A program made the translations under genes and the position numbers. From Tubiluchus corallicola (taxonomy: Eukaryota > Animalia > Priapulida): DNA of 64,000 nucleotides. Below the pieces are notes generated by a model. It saw only the letters and a program-made list of their open reading frames with translations. It did not search any database and was not told the DNA's origin. Below are positions 35,345 to 50,886 of the stretch, piece by piece. The stretch spans positions 944,056 to 1,008,055 of the forward strand of contig JAQGDQ010000032.1 of the NCBI GenBank assembly GCA_030141605.1. Reading direction: 5' to 3'. How positions within the stretch are numbered: the first letter of the stretch is position 1; the number at the start of each line of letters is the position of its first letter.

Positions 35345-35722
35345 GTCCAGCCCCTCTCTCTCTCCCTCCTCTTTCTCTCTTTCTCGCTCTGTCTCTATCC
35401 CCTCTCTCTCTCTTTCTTCCTATTTCTCTGTTTCTCTCTCTCTTTCTTTGTGTCCCTCTCTCTCCCTCCTCTTTCTCTCTTTCTCGCTCTGTCTCTATCC
35501 CCCCTCTCTCTTTCTTCCTATTTCTCTGTTTCTCTCTCTGTTTCTTTGTGTCCCTCTCTCTCTTTTCCCTCTTTCTTGTCATTATTCCTTTACTCCCTCC
35601 TCTTTCTCTCTTTCTCGCTCTGTCTCTATCCCCCCTCTCTCTTTCTTCCTATTTCTCTGTTTCTCTCTCTCTTTCTTTGTGTCCCTCTCTCTCTTTTCCC
35701 TCTTTCTGGTCATTATTCCTTT
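35345..35722 (+). repeat. CT-rich complex tandem repeat (about 3 units of 100-140 bp)
   Basis: Unit ctccctcctctttctctctttctcgctctgtctctatccccctctctc...tttcttcctatttctctgtttctctctc recurs three times. Confidence 0.9.
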
Positions 35723-38075
35723 GCAGCTTTGTAATAAATTAAAGAGAAAGCTGGATTCAAGATTACTTTAATAATTAAATAATTTAATAATAATTACAAC
35801 GGTGTGTGCTTTCAAAAAAATAATACTGCGACTGCAATGAATTTGAAGTGAACAGGGTAAGCCTACATGGTCTTTATCTTACTGCTATCGCAAACTATTA
35901 TGTATAATCTCGCTATTGCTAACTGACCTTTTTAACGCCACATAATATTTTTGCTATCGGATCGTTATTTTTGCTACATGTGAATCAAAAATGATTATAT
36001 TCTTTTGCACAGAAATTGTTAACATCGAGTACTATAATGCTGAATCATCTTAGATGCTTACCCAACCCGTAGGCCCTTAATTGATTGGTATATTATTTAC
36101 GGGTGCAATACATACGTAGGGCAACGCTAACAAGATAATTAAATTGTCTAGAATTATCTGACTCTGTCATTTAATTAGAATTATTATCAGTAATCTATTA
36201 TGGGTAACTTTTGTACCGAATTTGGGCGAATTTGCAAGTTCTGTGTAAAATGTCGATGATGACGATAATAATGACCATGACGATGATCATGATGATGACA
36301 GCAGTGATAACAACAATGAAGTTGGCATTGTGTGTAACATTATTTTTAAGTCCGAAATAGTAAAAAATATTTGATGATGATGATGACAACGACGATAATG
36401 ATGATGATAAGGGTAATGAGGAGAAGAAGAAAAAGAAAAAGAAAAAGAAGAAGAAAGAAAGAAATTTCAGTTGCCAATAGAAATTTTGCTATATTTGAAA
36501 GACTATCACGTTGAACGATTCTCGAAATCGCTCAGCGAGAATTCAATCTTCTTACTCGTATTAATGATTATGAAGCCCAACATTAATTCACGCTTAATAA
36601 CTGCTTGGGGAGTTTGGGACATTCAAACGCAGGTGTAAGATCAGTAATAAGATTTTCCGCACAGTACATATGCTTGATTTGCGGCTCCTTCAGCCCCGAT
36701 AAGGCTTAAACTGATAAGCAAAACTTGGGATTATATGATGGTTTTTCTCAACCAAGTGGGTGACTGCGTTTTTAATAAAACCTTTTGTCTGTTTTCGAAA
36801 TGTTGTTTGACTTGCTTTTGTTGAAAGTAAATTTAGATATCAAAACAGTGGATCTTACGTTTTCAATGATTTTTCAAATAAGTATTTTCGATAATTGTAC
36901 TTTACTCTGCAGCTAAAGTAAAGAAAGGAACATGTAACGGAAAGCAAAGGAATTGGAAACTTCACTAATCCTTTTAGAAGAAGTTTGTCTTGACCAAAAA
37001 ATGATTGCGGAACAAATTGTGAAAACAAATGCTTTTTGTTACACGCTACAATAATATTAGCAACCAGACAAATGCGTGTATAATAAAGTAGTATTTATTA
37101 AACTAATTAGGAACTTAAACAAAGAAGATCAGAGCAGCATGACAGTGTAGAATGCAGAACACTCCTAAGCAATCACCAAGATTTTTGATCTACACAAACC
37201 ATATCTATGGTATTGTTACACTTTTGATCGATGATTTCAAATTTTTTTAGGAATTCCCTTTTTGTTGTTGTTGTGCAGTCCAAACTTAGACAAATATAAA
37301 ATCTACACCCTTATAATACAGCTATGCTCCTAAACTGTCTTTCCTAAAAAGAGACTGTCTTAACTAAGGCCAGTGGCCGTACACGATAAGGGGCTACAGT
37401 TCGGAAAACCGATAACTATATTTTTATAGTTAAAACCAATTTCCTATTTACTGATGACAGCTTTCCTTAGGGGTGTGCGAACCGTGAAGGCAACTTAACG
37501 GGTCCGAAAATTTAACAGAAATTTATCATTGACGAAGTAACATTCATTTTTCCTAACTTTCACTTTATATCTGCATATTAGCTTCGTAAACAGATCATAA
37601 TTAAAATATTTTCGTTGCTTCTTATTTCACTTAACCATGTATATTATATGCTTAAATTTTTATGTTTTGCGTTCATTCATATACTGCAACAATCCAATAT
37701 TAAGTATTGAAATTAATTTAGTTTTTTTCATATTTACAAACTTTGCCTTTTGTATTTTCTTTTGCTAAATGCTTCATTTAAATTAAAATATCCTGTAATT
37801 AAAAATTTTTAGGCCTCTTTGAGAGAATTTATAATAATAAAGTAATCAGTAGTAATAGCCTTTTGGCAGTTTGTTACGAGTGCACTTGTACAGTTTACTG
37901 TACTTGTTAAAGTACAAGAGGGGGGTACCTGCAGTAAAAGAAGTTTAAGAAAAATCGCCTTGAAAATATATTACTTTAAAGCAATTTTATGCACATATCG
38001 TACTCGCGTTAAACGGAATTTTTGTTTGTTTTCTTTTTAAATCTCCTGCAATGCTACTTCGATGGCGCCATTACA

Positions 38076-38083
38076 TGACGTCA
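38076..38083. promoter_or_regulatory. Full CRE palindrome TGACGTCA upstream of precursor B
   Basis: Exact 8-mer. Function inferred only. Confidence 0.3.
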
Positions 38084-38114
38084 CTACGCAAACGTAAATC
38101 AGGGGAAGAAAAAG

Positions 38115-38545
38115 CAATGTTAAAATATGTCCCAAAAAACTTTCCATGCAAATCTATATTACTTAGCATTTCGCTTACCTGCTGGAAAGACTTATGTAAC
38201 TAGAAATAACTATTTATAATGTTCGTGCCAATTGATAAAATGTCGCAGGCTCACCCTCCAGGGTGTATCACTCACAATCGAAAACGTATTTTTAATTCTA
38301 TTAACGAGATACAGCAATTAGAAATTTTACTTAGTAACATGTGCGATACGAATGCTCTGATTATTTTTTCAAAATCTCTCAACTTGTTACAAACGACCTA
38401 CCATTAAAATGGCTACGCCTAACGGTCATCGCAAGAATTTAAATTTACAAATTTTAAACAGCGTCGCTGCCGACGCAAGCCCTGCGTGCAAAAAGGCAGT
38501 ATGTAAGTGGTATAACATTTCAAGACGGAATTTTTAAGCTTTATG
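38115..38545 (+). mobile_element. ~430 bp interspersed repeat, copy 2 (see 26200-26650)
   Basis: Colinear similarity with copy 1. Confidence 0.8.
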
Positions 38546-40279
38546 TGAGTGGAGTGTTTTTTGTGTTTTTTAAAACACAGTGTTTTTTAAAAAACATAAA
38601 ACCTTATTTATTAGATAATATTAATTATTTATAAAATATTAAATAATATTAATTATTCATTAAATATTAAATATTTAAAGAATATATATTATTTTATATA
38701 TAGTACAACTGAACCCATATATTTTTTTAATTTTATTATAGGCGTCTTCGCTGGCATTTTTCCTTGTCTATATATTTCGTTTTATGTACACTCGAATAAA
38801 AAATGGTTTATATCAGAACAATGTAATGACAGAAGAATGGAGTATTAAAAACGAGGAAGTAGTAACGGGTGACTAATATTCTACAAAGTTATTAATTTCT
38901 TGTTGCAAGGAAGGACGCACATATTTAAGAAACCACATTTTTATTTCTATAAAAATAATCATATAAATTTAAAATTAACTTACGATTTCGCTTAATTTAA
39001 ACATAGAGAAGCCCACTCTCGTCTGAAACATTATAATCGTTTTTTGCAAGTCTCACAAGTTTTCGAACGCGTGTATCACCGACAACTAGGCTTGAAGATA
39101 GAGAAATCATTTAACTGGTGCAAGCGTAACGTACTACCCAATATCGATGATTCAAAGGTGACGTAATATCCACCTGCACAAAATACGCAAAGCGCACAAA
39201 GTGCCGAGTGGGTTGCTACAATAAATTAGTCACGTGCCGATCCAGACACCGTAGTCTAATGCACATGCGCAAACTCACATTAAATCAAAGCGAATTAGGA
39301 AAGGAACTACGAAGGTGGATCATCGTGGTTGTTGCTTATAAATTACTGTTTCTCGAATAACTTAGTAAGACTAAAATTATAATTCTTTGCATCATTTTCC
39401 TTTTATGCTATGCAAAAATAATTGGTACACTGTAGATGTAAAAAAATCTGCATATAGAAACCAGCACTTGTGAAAATTTGTGAGCTAAAAATTTTCGGAA
39501 AAAAATAACAGAGTTTTAAGAATACTATTTATTGTCTGCTGCTTACTTTTGTTATTGGTTGGTACAAATAGCATTAATATCAAATTTCTAATAAGTACCG
39601 TATATTTTGACAGATAGAGTGAGCGACATTAGCTCAAGATACCTCGACAGAAAACGTCATCAGTCGGATCATAAAATTTTCACGTGCAGGCGGTATATTG
39701 TCCATGTCATAATTGTAATTACTGTCATTAAAACGCAGACGTCGTAAACTGTGCTGTGCGTAATAAATAAATAACAATCAATTAAATAAAGTTACTGCTC
39801 GTATGATTGACTGCGTGTACCTACTATACTGTATCCCTCGGTGCGGCATTTGGGGATGATAGGGCCGATAGGCCGTTGTCACCTGATCTGCGAAATTCAA
39901 TTTCGAAAAAGAAAACTGAAATTTGGCTTTTGTGGTAAATAGGAGAAGTTTTACTGTGGTAATTCGTACATACTTCCTAATATACCTAGACTTAGTATGT
40001 CTATTCATATTATTACGAAGGTAGACAGCTTATATAGAAGAATGTGTCCCCTGAAAACATTTGGAAATGTATTTAAGAGTTTTTAAACCGAATCCCCAGT
40101 TAACCCGAATTCCTTAACTTTGTGAAAAGTCCCGAAGGCCTGCCTCTGCTGCCAGCTAAAAAACAAATAAATCCAATTATGTCTTTAGTTTTCATTCTTT
40201 TCTGGCATTTTAGCAAGACATATCAATAATTAAACTCGAAATTATGGGGTGTTTAGTGCGACTGGACGTTATTTGTGTT

Positions 40280-40880
<601 letters not shown>

Positions 40881-42043
40881 AAAAAGAATTGTGTTTCTGC
40901 TACGACCTCAGGCAGTCAGTTATAAGCGGAATGAAAATTGTGCGTTTTCTTCGGAAACTGCACACTGTATAACTGAAAACACTGAAAAATAGGTTGCCTG
41001 ATCGTATAATCGTTATTTATTTACTTGACCTTGTTTTTACATTTGAGCATTAGCTCTCTGACTAAAATAACAAACTATAACAATGATGATTTATAAAAGT
41101 TATTCTAACGTTTTATGCATGCAGTTTTGCTGCTATCAAAAATAAGCGCATACCTATGAAACTAGCAATTAGTATTACAAAAAAATACATAGTAGTATAA
41201 CACGTATAGAGTGTACAGAGTGAACGACGAAACGACACGCAGAAAATGACGCAAACTATTATTAATACAAATTGCATTTATATTTATTCACGTAACTATA
41301 TTTATATTTATACACTGTAAAAATATGCAAATATACGAGAAACAAAATTGTATCTATAACTTTGTTGTACCATGATCATTTCCACTTTGGCATCTTTTTC
41401 ATGTGCTTTTCAGACGTAATTACTAACCTGTAACTAGGTAGTTCACACCGTTATTTTCCGTCGTAAAACCAACTACGTGTAGTTTCTATCATTTAACCGA
41501 TATATGCTTTTCTTTGACTTTAGAGTACATGAATTCGTAAGTCGCTTGTTGGATTTTGTCCAAATACTACATAAATCAAAACAACCTCTTTCGGATTTGA
41601 ACTCACATTCATTAGGCCCTGAACTGATGATGATGATGATGATATGAATGATGGTGATGGTGATGGTCTTTTCAGCGGCGGCGGTGGTGATGACAATAAT
41701 GATGGTGATTGTGAATTTATGAATGATAATAGGATAATAACGGTGATGATGGTTTTTATCGTCGCATTTGTCATCATCATTGCCATCAAGCGCTGTATAT
41801 GAGCGTTATTCAGAAATTTTGGTAAATGCACATGTAGCCCGATCGCAGAGCAAACCATTATTATTAGAGTTTATATCGCAGAAATTGTTGTTAATTGTTT
41901 AATCAAAACTTGGACATAGCAAAGTCTTCTTTTAAATTAATTACACTTGCACAGCTATCTGTCTGAGAATTTAGCTGCTAACAACATGAACAACAGTCAA
42001 AAATTGCCTATAACGAACAACAAGCGAGCTTCACGGTGCTCAT

Positions 42044-44067
42044 TTATGGAGAATGTAAGAACCGATATTTTTTCATGTAAAGAAGAAAGCGATCTGTATT
42101 ATAAGGAATAAATGCGCTTTCTAACAATTTGCACTGACTACATTTATTTACTGTCCTTTCATGAATCTCAATTAGACATTCCTCCTCAACCAATGACACT
42201 CTATTACAAGAAAGCAGCCAGCGATCTCTGTAATCTTCTAAACGCTCCAATTCTTCTTCAAGGACCTCATATCTGCCTCTTATGAGGCATCTGTCCAGAC
42301 ATACATTAACGCGTGAAGGAATCATTCTCCTTGCCAAAACAGCCTCTGAGATCAAAGTATCTGACAAGTCTAAACAGGATAGATTTTTTAGCAAGTGAAA
42401 GGTGTCATAGTTAAGAGCAACTGTGGGAATCATGAAATGCGAACTCTGAAGGCTGAGGTGAGTGAGACAGGGCAGACGTGAAGCCACCTGGTGGCAGAGA
42501 GGATCACTGTCAATGTTATGGAACATAAGGTGCGCTAAATGAAGGTGTGGTTCACAAGACACATTCTCGCCGCATATCTCAGCACACGTCCGAAAAGAAA
42601 CATCATCAGTTTTGGGTGGTGACAAAACATCATTGACGTCTCCGTCGGTGAACAGTTCATCAACCCTTATTTCATCGTCATCCCATCTCGACAGTGGGAG
42701 AAACTGCAAGGACAAAGAGAGTTGACGAAGTTGTGGAAGTTGATACAGGACTTTGCTCAATATCAGCGTTGAAAGACTTTTGCTGTAGCCTGTTAAGAAG
42801 AGTTCTTCTAATGGCTGGATCTTTGATAGACATGAAAGTCTACTGCCCAATGCGGTAGTCAATCCAGCCAAGTGTAAAACTGTGAGACAGTGTGAAGTCT
42901 GTAAAAAATGAAACACCGGCTCACACGGCAGGACACTTTCTATGCTAGCACAACATAACATTTTTAACCTGCTAAACTTTAGATCCTTAACAGCAGCACC
43001 TCTCAAATCCCTAGCAAAAAGACTTTTAAGGTTAGGAAACGACATATTCATCATTTCTCCAATTTGCTCTGTTACAATCTGTTTATCGAAAATCAAATTT
43101 CGAATGTCTCGCTTGTGAAGATCTTCCCACGTAGATACTTTAACATCTTTCAAATCATAGAGTTCACAAATGGAATTCCTCCACAGAATAGGTGCATCCA
43201 TCACATGTTTGACACGTGAGCACACTAACCGCAATGACCTTCGAGTGTTAGCGTCCAAATATCTGCATACAAGAAAAAGAATATCTTCTGGCAAGGAATC
43301 TAAAGTCAAGCAATGTGTATCTAGAAAAAAACAATAATCATTTTAATTTAATGCGCAATTTACGACAAATACGTAGATGAAAGCTCTCTTGGGATTCCAA
43401 ACATGTCAGGACTTCATAAAAAAGTTTTAAAAAGAATCACTTGCAGGTTATGAAGTACTAATGAATTTGTCAACTTACACGTGCATGAAGTACCGTATTA
43501 CATGCCGAACATATTTATTTTACATAGACATCGTTCTACCATGGTAAAGGCGAATGGAGAGAATGGCGACGTTTTTGAATTTTATAGTTCATTTGAACAT
43601 GTTTGTAACTATTGGTCTACTCTGTCAGAACGTGTATAAGCGCCATTTCTAGTGAACATAGCCCAATATACTTGAAAGATATTCCTTTTGCTATTGCCTC
43701 AGTTTTCACGAAAAGCAAATTGGTAGTTATTTATTTAACAGCTTGCGATCACAAATTGATGTTGATAATAAGGTGACAGTAAGCGGAAATACATGCAGTA
43801 AAAAGAAAACGAAGAAAATGCTAAAAACACAGTAATTTGATGACGACTCTACCTTGTGGGTGTGCAGCCGTCTGCATATAAATGAAGCCCAGTGGTTCGA
43901 CCTGAATCCGGATTTCACAGACACTGCAATGGGCGCTCTGTTGGTTAGAACATCTTGCTCTAGAACTTATCAGTTATTCAGAATTATCGTGTCAAAAAGT
44001 CGATAATTCACTAAGAACATTTATCAAAAAGTAAAATTTGTTAACAAATTATTGTCGTACCTGCCAT
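42044..44067 (-). CDS. F-box / leucine-rich-repeat (FBXL-like) protein. Coding exons 44067-44061 and 43320-42044
   Basis: ATG GCA G|GTACGA spliced to ttttttctAG|AT ACA gives MADTHCLTLDSLPEDILFLVCRYLDANTRRSLRLVCSR (F-box), followed by LxxLxL repeats (LRQLSLS, LTHLSLQ, LSCLDLS). Confidence 0.88.
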
Positions 44068-46242
44068 TATTATAAGACCATTAGAATTCTGCACGATCAA
44101 AGCTGCTGATATTGCATTCTTGCTTCCAAGAATACTGACATTTACTTCTCGCAATGAACCCAAGTAATCATAACTAAATTCCAGCTAAATTTAGACTATA
44201 GACAGAAGTGAAAACGACGCACGCGCAGATCTATTTCTGTGCTTGCCCTTTAGATTTTCCTCTTTCTCACTAAGTCGCAGAGTAGCCACAAAGAGTTCAC
44301 ACCAAAAATCTTCGATGATTAAAAGCAACGATCCTCACATTTCCAACAAACAAACAAACTCATTTCATTTCAGGCGAGTCCAACAACATCACAGCACGTT
44401 TGCAATGTGCACCATGGCTTACATTATATGTGACTGTGATTATAAGTCTGCTAACCCAGTACTTTTACAAATGTTTGCATATAGTTATTTAGAAAAACTA
44501 GCACATGTTGAACTTGCACTTGGAAGTTTAAACTACAGACCCAAAGTCACGTACCGAGTGCACGCGGACAAAAAAGGAAAACGAAACTATCGGTAGAGGT
44601 AGCACAGTTTAGCAGTAGAAATGTATAGGCCTATTGGCAACGTAGATTTATTACCATGTATTACCATGACAGTATAGTACGGAGAATCAAACCTCTGAGG
44701 TCTTTACTCATCATTTTTGTTGCTCACGAACGAACGATTTTGTTAAAATATGCTAATTAGTTGCAATTTGCAAACCAAACCATATTTGTTTGTTGCGTTA
44801 AACACTGTTGATGGTGGAAAACTTTCATGAAGGGTGCAGACGCCAGAAATGCAAAATTTTAATACTCGAACTTCCCTCCATGTTAGCTCTTATTACAATT
44901 TTAAACAAGCTAACCTAAACAATATCTGAAGACAATTTTGTGCATTTGTGTTCTTTGACGTCACTACTAATCATTGGCAACACGTTGCTCTTGTTGTCGT
45001 CGTCGTCGCCGTCGCTTCTGTTCATCATTCAGAAAAATTGTATCGGTAGTCACTGCTTCTGATAAGGCACTGATGTTACCAAATATAACGTGAATAAAAC
45101 TGCATCTCACGCAAGAGCAGCTCGCGTTTTATGATGTCACGCGAAATCCACTTATCAAAATTGTGAAATTAAAATACTAATAGTCTGACGAGTTTAAATA
45201 TCTCAATAATAACTTATTACTGTTTTGAACAATACGTGTAAACATTATACAGAGGCTACTATTGTATACCAGTTATAATTAATATTATGACATATACTAA
45301 TCACATAATTAAAAAATGTAAATTCGCTTTCCACTTTTAAAAAATTGTACAAGAAAGAGTTATTTGAGTTTTATGTATAATTATATAAGATTTTTTTGTA
45401 TAATTAGTATGCCTTCGATTTTTAGTTAATGTTAACATAACGTTTTTTTTTATTTATTTGATAATTATCTTGTACACACACACGCACGCACCCACGCACG
45501 CACGCACACGCACGCACGCACGCACAGAATTAGTCTAAAACGTTTATTGGTACATCGCAGTGGTACCTGAGTGGTATACATCGCAGTGTTTGCTTTGTTT
45601 GTGTTTTGTTGAGCAGATCTTTTTTAAAGTTTTTCAATGAATGGTCATTACATGTATTATATTGTACTTATTATTTGATCTGTTTTTCATGTCGTTATTG
45701 ATACATGCAATTGACGTTTTAACATATTTTTCATTGGTAACTAGATGATTAACAAAAAAGCAAAAGGGTACGATTGTTATCTTAGTTAAAAATTTAAAAT
45801 TTCATTAAAAAACGAACAAAACAACAATTATGACTTATGTTGTCTTCTGCAATATATTGTCTATTGTAGTATAAAAGGTATTTACGTTTTCAAAACTTTC
45901 GGGAGTGCAGTGTAACATTCTTAACGCAGCTGTGTGTTACTTATACGGCTATGTATTTTATTGTTTCTGTTTTTAAAATTACATGCATTACATCTACTTT
46001 AGAATAACTATTTAGCATTTATGGAATTACACGTATATATGATTACTATAATCATATATATGTATATATACATATATAATTATATGAATATTTTATATTA
46101 CCTATAAATTAAAACGTTAATTTTTTACTTAAACATAGACAATGTATAAATATTGCACAGTTAGAATTTGATAGAAGGCCTTTCACAATGATAAACATGC
46201 TTTGCTTTCATAAATATGTTTGGTGTGGGTTTAACAAGTCCT

Positions 46243-46310
46243 GGGTTGCGTGGCCGAGTGGTTCAGATTTTGTGCTGCAACCCCGCAGCCTTGAGTTCGA
46301 TGCTAGCATC
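46243..46310 (+). mobile_element. tRNA-derived SINE head (degenerate)
   Basis: A-box-like TGGCCGAGTGG and B-box-like GTTCGATGC. The acceptor stem does not close. Confidence 0.5.
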
Positions 46311-46479
46311 TACCAAAGCCAAGGCATATACTCTGCATGTTTGTTCGTTATTTTGTGTGTCGCGCCCTTACCTGCGTCGTTGTAATAGCCGTCAGTCCTA
46401 ACGTTGTCTGTTACATGAGCGATGGTAAATGAATCTTTTCCCTGTCTTTGTTTAGCTGTATTAACGAAACACTGACCGA

Positions 46480-46720
46480 CGAGGCTACAGCTCCAACGAC
46501 GGCACCATCAAACGAAAGATCCAGACCCACACATTTGCCATTGAGGTTTTATTTTATATAGAACGGCCCTTTTTGACGTTTTCGCAAAAAATTGCAAAAC
46601 TTATACTTCCTATTTTTAGAGAACGGGAACGCATCGGGGGTGGTGCCGGTAATGGCTGAATAGCCCGTTCGACGGTGGGTGTACAGTCATATTTAGGTTT
46701 CGCGGAAGGCCACTAATACC
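46480..46720 (-). mobile_element. Interspersed repeat, copy 2 (see 24480-24775)
   Basis: Reverse complement is colinear with copy 1. Confidence 0.7.
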
Positions 46721-47779
46721 CGCTACGGTATTAGTATGTGCCCAAATTTTTTCAAAAAATTGCACGAACAACCTCCAAAAAAGCTTGATTTGTGCAACTA
46801 TTTGAGCATGTTGAGAAAAAATAAACACACTCGCAGGAGGACGAAACGGTCTAGAAAGTGTTTGTAGTTTCACTAGGAGAGATACATACTGAACGAAACG
46901 GTAGGGGTGTATTTCGCAGTTCTGTTTTTCCGCCCCCCCCCTCCCCTGTGCTGCACGCTATCTGGAACATCCATTGTCTTTGAGTTTGAGAAAGTTCGCG
47001 GCAGTTCCAAGCATTGTTTTCACCCGCGTTTCTACTGTGTTATAGATTGTACTTACAAGTCATATCTGTGAGCCTATTATCATCTGGGAAGCACTGAACA
47101 AAACTATGTAGAATGTCCGTGCATAATTGATTATTGGTAGATGGGTCTAAGAACATTTGTTACAGCACACAGTTTCAACTTTGCACAAAATTGTTTTGCA
47201 TGGTTTTACTATCTCACCATGCAGTCTCACCATTTATTTTTAATATACTAATTTAATTATAAGACAGGGCAGGAGACTAGATGACCCTATGGTCCTTCCC
47301 TGCCCTGCTCCACGACTATAATTAAGTAATTTTTAAAAAACTTGTCATGTCAATCAAATTGGAGAAAATAAATGTTCTATGTCTATGTCTATGTCTACTA
47401 TGATGCTGTGCTGTTAGTGTTGGTGTTGTAGGTGTCGTCATGATCACGGTGTGTGTGGTGTTGGTGGAGTGGTGTGGTGGGTGTAATTTAGTGTGGCGTG
47501 GTATGGGTGATGTGGTGTGAATAATGTTTTGGGGTGATAGGGTGTGGGTTGTGTGGTGGGATGATGTGGCTGATGTGTTGTAACAAAAATTTGTTACTTT
47601 TCTTTTGAATATATAAACTTTTGAATCTAAAAGCAACAGGCTTCCAAATCTATCATTCTTTTGATTTTATTAAGCACTTTTGTGACTGTGACCTTTGATC
47701 TTTTCAACCCAAAGTCAGTAGATGTCCAAGTCTTGCAGAGACATATTCTAGCGACAAGGTCTGTCTGCCGAGACAGATG

Positions 47780-47854
47780 CATGCAAGCACACGCACACCC
47801 TCACATGCATGCATGCACACACACAACAGATGCAAACACGCACACACATGCACG

Positions 47855-47895
<41 letters not shown>
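47780..47895 (+). repeat. (CA)n/(CACG)n microsatellite
   Basis: Direct reading. Confidence 0.9.
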
Positions 47896-47896
<1 letters not shown>

Positions 47897-49782
47897 TGCC
47901 AAATGTCCTCCAATTACTGTCAACAAGTGCAGTCACATGCTAACCCAAGCCTCAGCTGACAGTCAAAAACTTTTTCAAGTTTGTTAATTCAAAATAAAAA
48001 CAAACAAAATCACCCTACCCTTGTATCATCTTCCTAGGTGATCTTGTGTCATCATTTTACGAGCAGAAAACCAGTCTCCTAATTCACATTAATATTCACA
48101 CTACTATTTCAGGAATTCGATTATTTAACTTTGCTGCTTACTGCTTTGCGGTCAAGATCACACAATGATAGAATGTTATAACTCTTACTGTATTTTACGT
48201 TTTTTTGGGACTATATACTTTGAATCTTATACATAAGTACTACAATATTGTGTAATTTATAGGTTCACTACACTGTAACTGGATGCAGTGATATTTGACA
48301 TGTTGCCTTGCAGCTCTGTTAACTAAGAAACTATTATATTAACCGAGACTGCCTTGATTGTCACGATGCCCGGCAGACCTGATATCATCAAGTTCTATAA
48401 GACATCACAAGGAACTACTAGTAACAATTACTAATTACAATAATACAATTACTTTAAACTCATAACAATTACGATTACCTAACTTGGTTTAAACTTGCAC
48501 AACCTTAAATTTCATCACAATGTGTGGGGTCCACATTTATTCTGGTGTTGCCTACAGATTTACTAGACAACCTTTTAGTTACACTAGATTCAGCATCTAT
48601 TTAAATAAACAAGTTGCCTACAATACACATCAGAAAAATCCCAAACAAACTATTTAGATCAATGAACATTCGCCAAACATGTGAACATATTACAAAATTT
48701 AAACAATTTATTTTTTAATTTAAGTTTATTACATCTTTTAAATATCACAATAATATATTCAAAGAAATTTAATTTAAAAATATCACAAAATAAATATCAA
48801 AGAGGAATTTGCAAAGGCAGTCACGAATTACACTAATTAGTCACAGCGTAGTTTTTGTAGCTGATTATAATAAGTAATGTTTGTTACTTACAATTACTAC
48901 TGCAGCTAACTTTCAACTTCATTGACTTTCAAAAAGTTTTGATTACATTAAAGTACTATAAAAGTTATTATAATTACTATACTGCTGAGTAAATACAAGC
49001 ATTAACATTAAAAAAGAAAACTGCAGAACATTATACACCAAGCTTCCATCACACATTGGTCTCTTCAACTCAGTTAAGGATCATTAATAATTTTCACTGT
49101 TGTAGAAACCTCATATATAATCTTTTTATAACTCCTACTAGTTTTTATTCATGCAGTACGAAAGAGCAATTGTTTTGTTTAATGACAAAAACTACAGTCC
49201 ACCTGTTACACCTTTCCTACTGCAACTCATGACTGTCTCAGTTCCTCTACCCTTAAATACAGACAAATGTTAATCATGTAAAATGACAGAACTCTTGAAT
49301 ACACGCTAAAGTAAGCCAAGAACAAGAATTACACTGAAACGTGACATGACACCACAAACGTATGGCCATTAAACATTAAATGACAATATGAAGTTAAGCC
49401 TGTTAAAAGCATAGCAACAATAATGAGTATTAGCATAGTGCAATAAAAGGAGAAATAGAGCTGCTGCGAAAGCTAAAATAGTAAAATGTAATGACAGTAA
49501 TTTGATAAAACATACGGTACTTTTCAAAAAAGGTTTAGGGTGACATGAGTAGGAAATACAAAAAACAACATAATTTGGTATAACTAGCTTCTGGATGCAA
49601 GGCAATTGCATCAGTAACCCACTATTCTTAAGTGTTGCTGCAGAAGCAAATCTAAACCTTTGGTTAAAATAAAAAATCCTTCAGTACCTGTAAATTACAG
49701 AATAAGCTTTAAACATCACAGACAAGTACATTTATTAACACGACTACCCGCCTTTAAAATGTTACGACAACTCTATGATTTT

Positions 49783-50886
49783 TCAATAGGAAGTGCGAAT
49801 GTGCTGAACGTCTTCCTCACTAGTATCATTTCTTTCGTTTAGTAAAGCAGTCCGTGGATCATCAGCATTGGTAACACTGTTATTTGCATTTGATGAAGAA
49901 CATGCCATGCCATTCAGTTCAATGTCAGTTTTATTCTGTGCTTGAATGATTGACTGCAGATTAGCCAAACTAATGTTCAAGTCCTTGAATGCATGCAACA
50001 GAAAAATGGCTCCTATGATTGTGAAAAATCCGCAAAAGTTTCCAAGTATATCCTGTGCTTGAAGTAAACCCCATTCTTTGAAAAGTATTACAGATGCAAT
50101 TATGGTGAATGTTGTAAAGAACACATAGTATATAGGTGATACAACACTAGTGTTAAAAATGTCTAAAGCACGATTAAGATAATTCATCTGCACTGAAATA
50201 CACAGTGCCACTGCAAACACGAAAAAATATGTCAGGGGGTTATACAATTCATTATTAGCACCCGACAAAGTCTGTATAATTGCTATTCCTAAACCTTTGC
50301 ATCCCATCACAGATAGGGAACCAACAAGAGAACAAATAGTAATATATATTAATATATTTTTCTGTCCGTAACGTGGCCCATAATAGAATATTAATACTAA
50401 CGATATAACAATTGCTATAAATGCGTATGTGATGAATGCTGGATCAATTAGTTTATAAGCCAATTCACGCATGGTATCTACTGTACCTTCTTTAGGTGAA
50501 TGGATGATGATTACTGTGGCACCAACTACGCACAAAAAGCAACCAAGCTTTCCAAGAATATTCAGTTTTTCATCTAGAAACTTTGATGCAAGTATAGCAC
50601 TGACCAGAACGCTGAGAGCTCCCAAAGGAGTCACCAAGGTAGCAGGTGCAAACGCATATGCTGCAAAATTAGCAAACTCCCCAACTGCCATCATAATTAG
50701 TCCAGTCCACCATAACCACTCTTTCAAATAGGCATATCCGCCGTGTCCTGCTCTAGCACTGGATGTTCTTGAGACCCTTAATAGACCCTTTTTCTTTATT
50801 ATAAAACTTGAACCAATAAAAGCACTGGACGACACAGCGAGAGATAAACCAATGTAAAAATTCTTGAGATCAGATGAAGTCGCCAT
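49783..50886 (-). CDS. NIPA2: Magnesium transporter NIPA2-like (DMT/EamA superfamily), intronless CDS, 367 aa
   Basis: Family motifs [70 protein letters not shown] and [27 protein letters not shown]. Confidence 0.95.
   Translation of the reverse strand: MATSSDLKNFYIGLSLAVSSSAFIGSSFIIKKKGLLRVSRTSSARAGHGGYAYLKEWLWWTGLIMMAVGEFANFAAYAFAPATLVTPLGALSVLVSAILASKFLDEKLNILGKLGCFLCVVGATVIIIHSPKEGTVDTMRELAYKLIDPAFITYAFIAIVISLVLIFYYGPRYGQKNILIYITICSLVGSLSVMGCKGLGIAIIQTLSGANNELYNPLTYFFVFAVALCISVQMNYLNRALDIFNTSVVSPIYYVFFTTFTIIASVILFKEWGLLQAQDILGNFCGFFTIIGAIFLLHAFKDLNISLANLQSIIQAQNKTDIELNGMACSSSNANNSVTNADDPRTALLNERNDTSEEDVQHIRTSY

Noticed and set aside
35279-35771. 150-aa Ser/Leu/Phe-rich ORFs that look like membrane proteins
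   Set aside because: CT-rich tandem repeat with all frames open and no splice or domain evidence.
38168-38190. Apparent minus-strand microexon ttccAG-CAG-GTAAGC upstream of gene B
   Set aside because: Lies inside an interspersed repeat copy (38115-38545) with no independent support.
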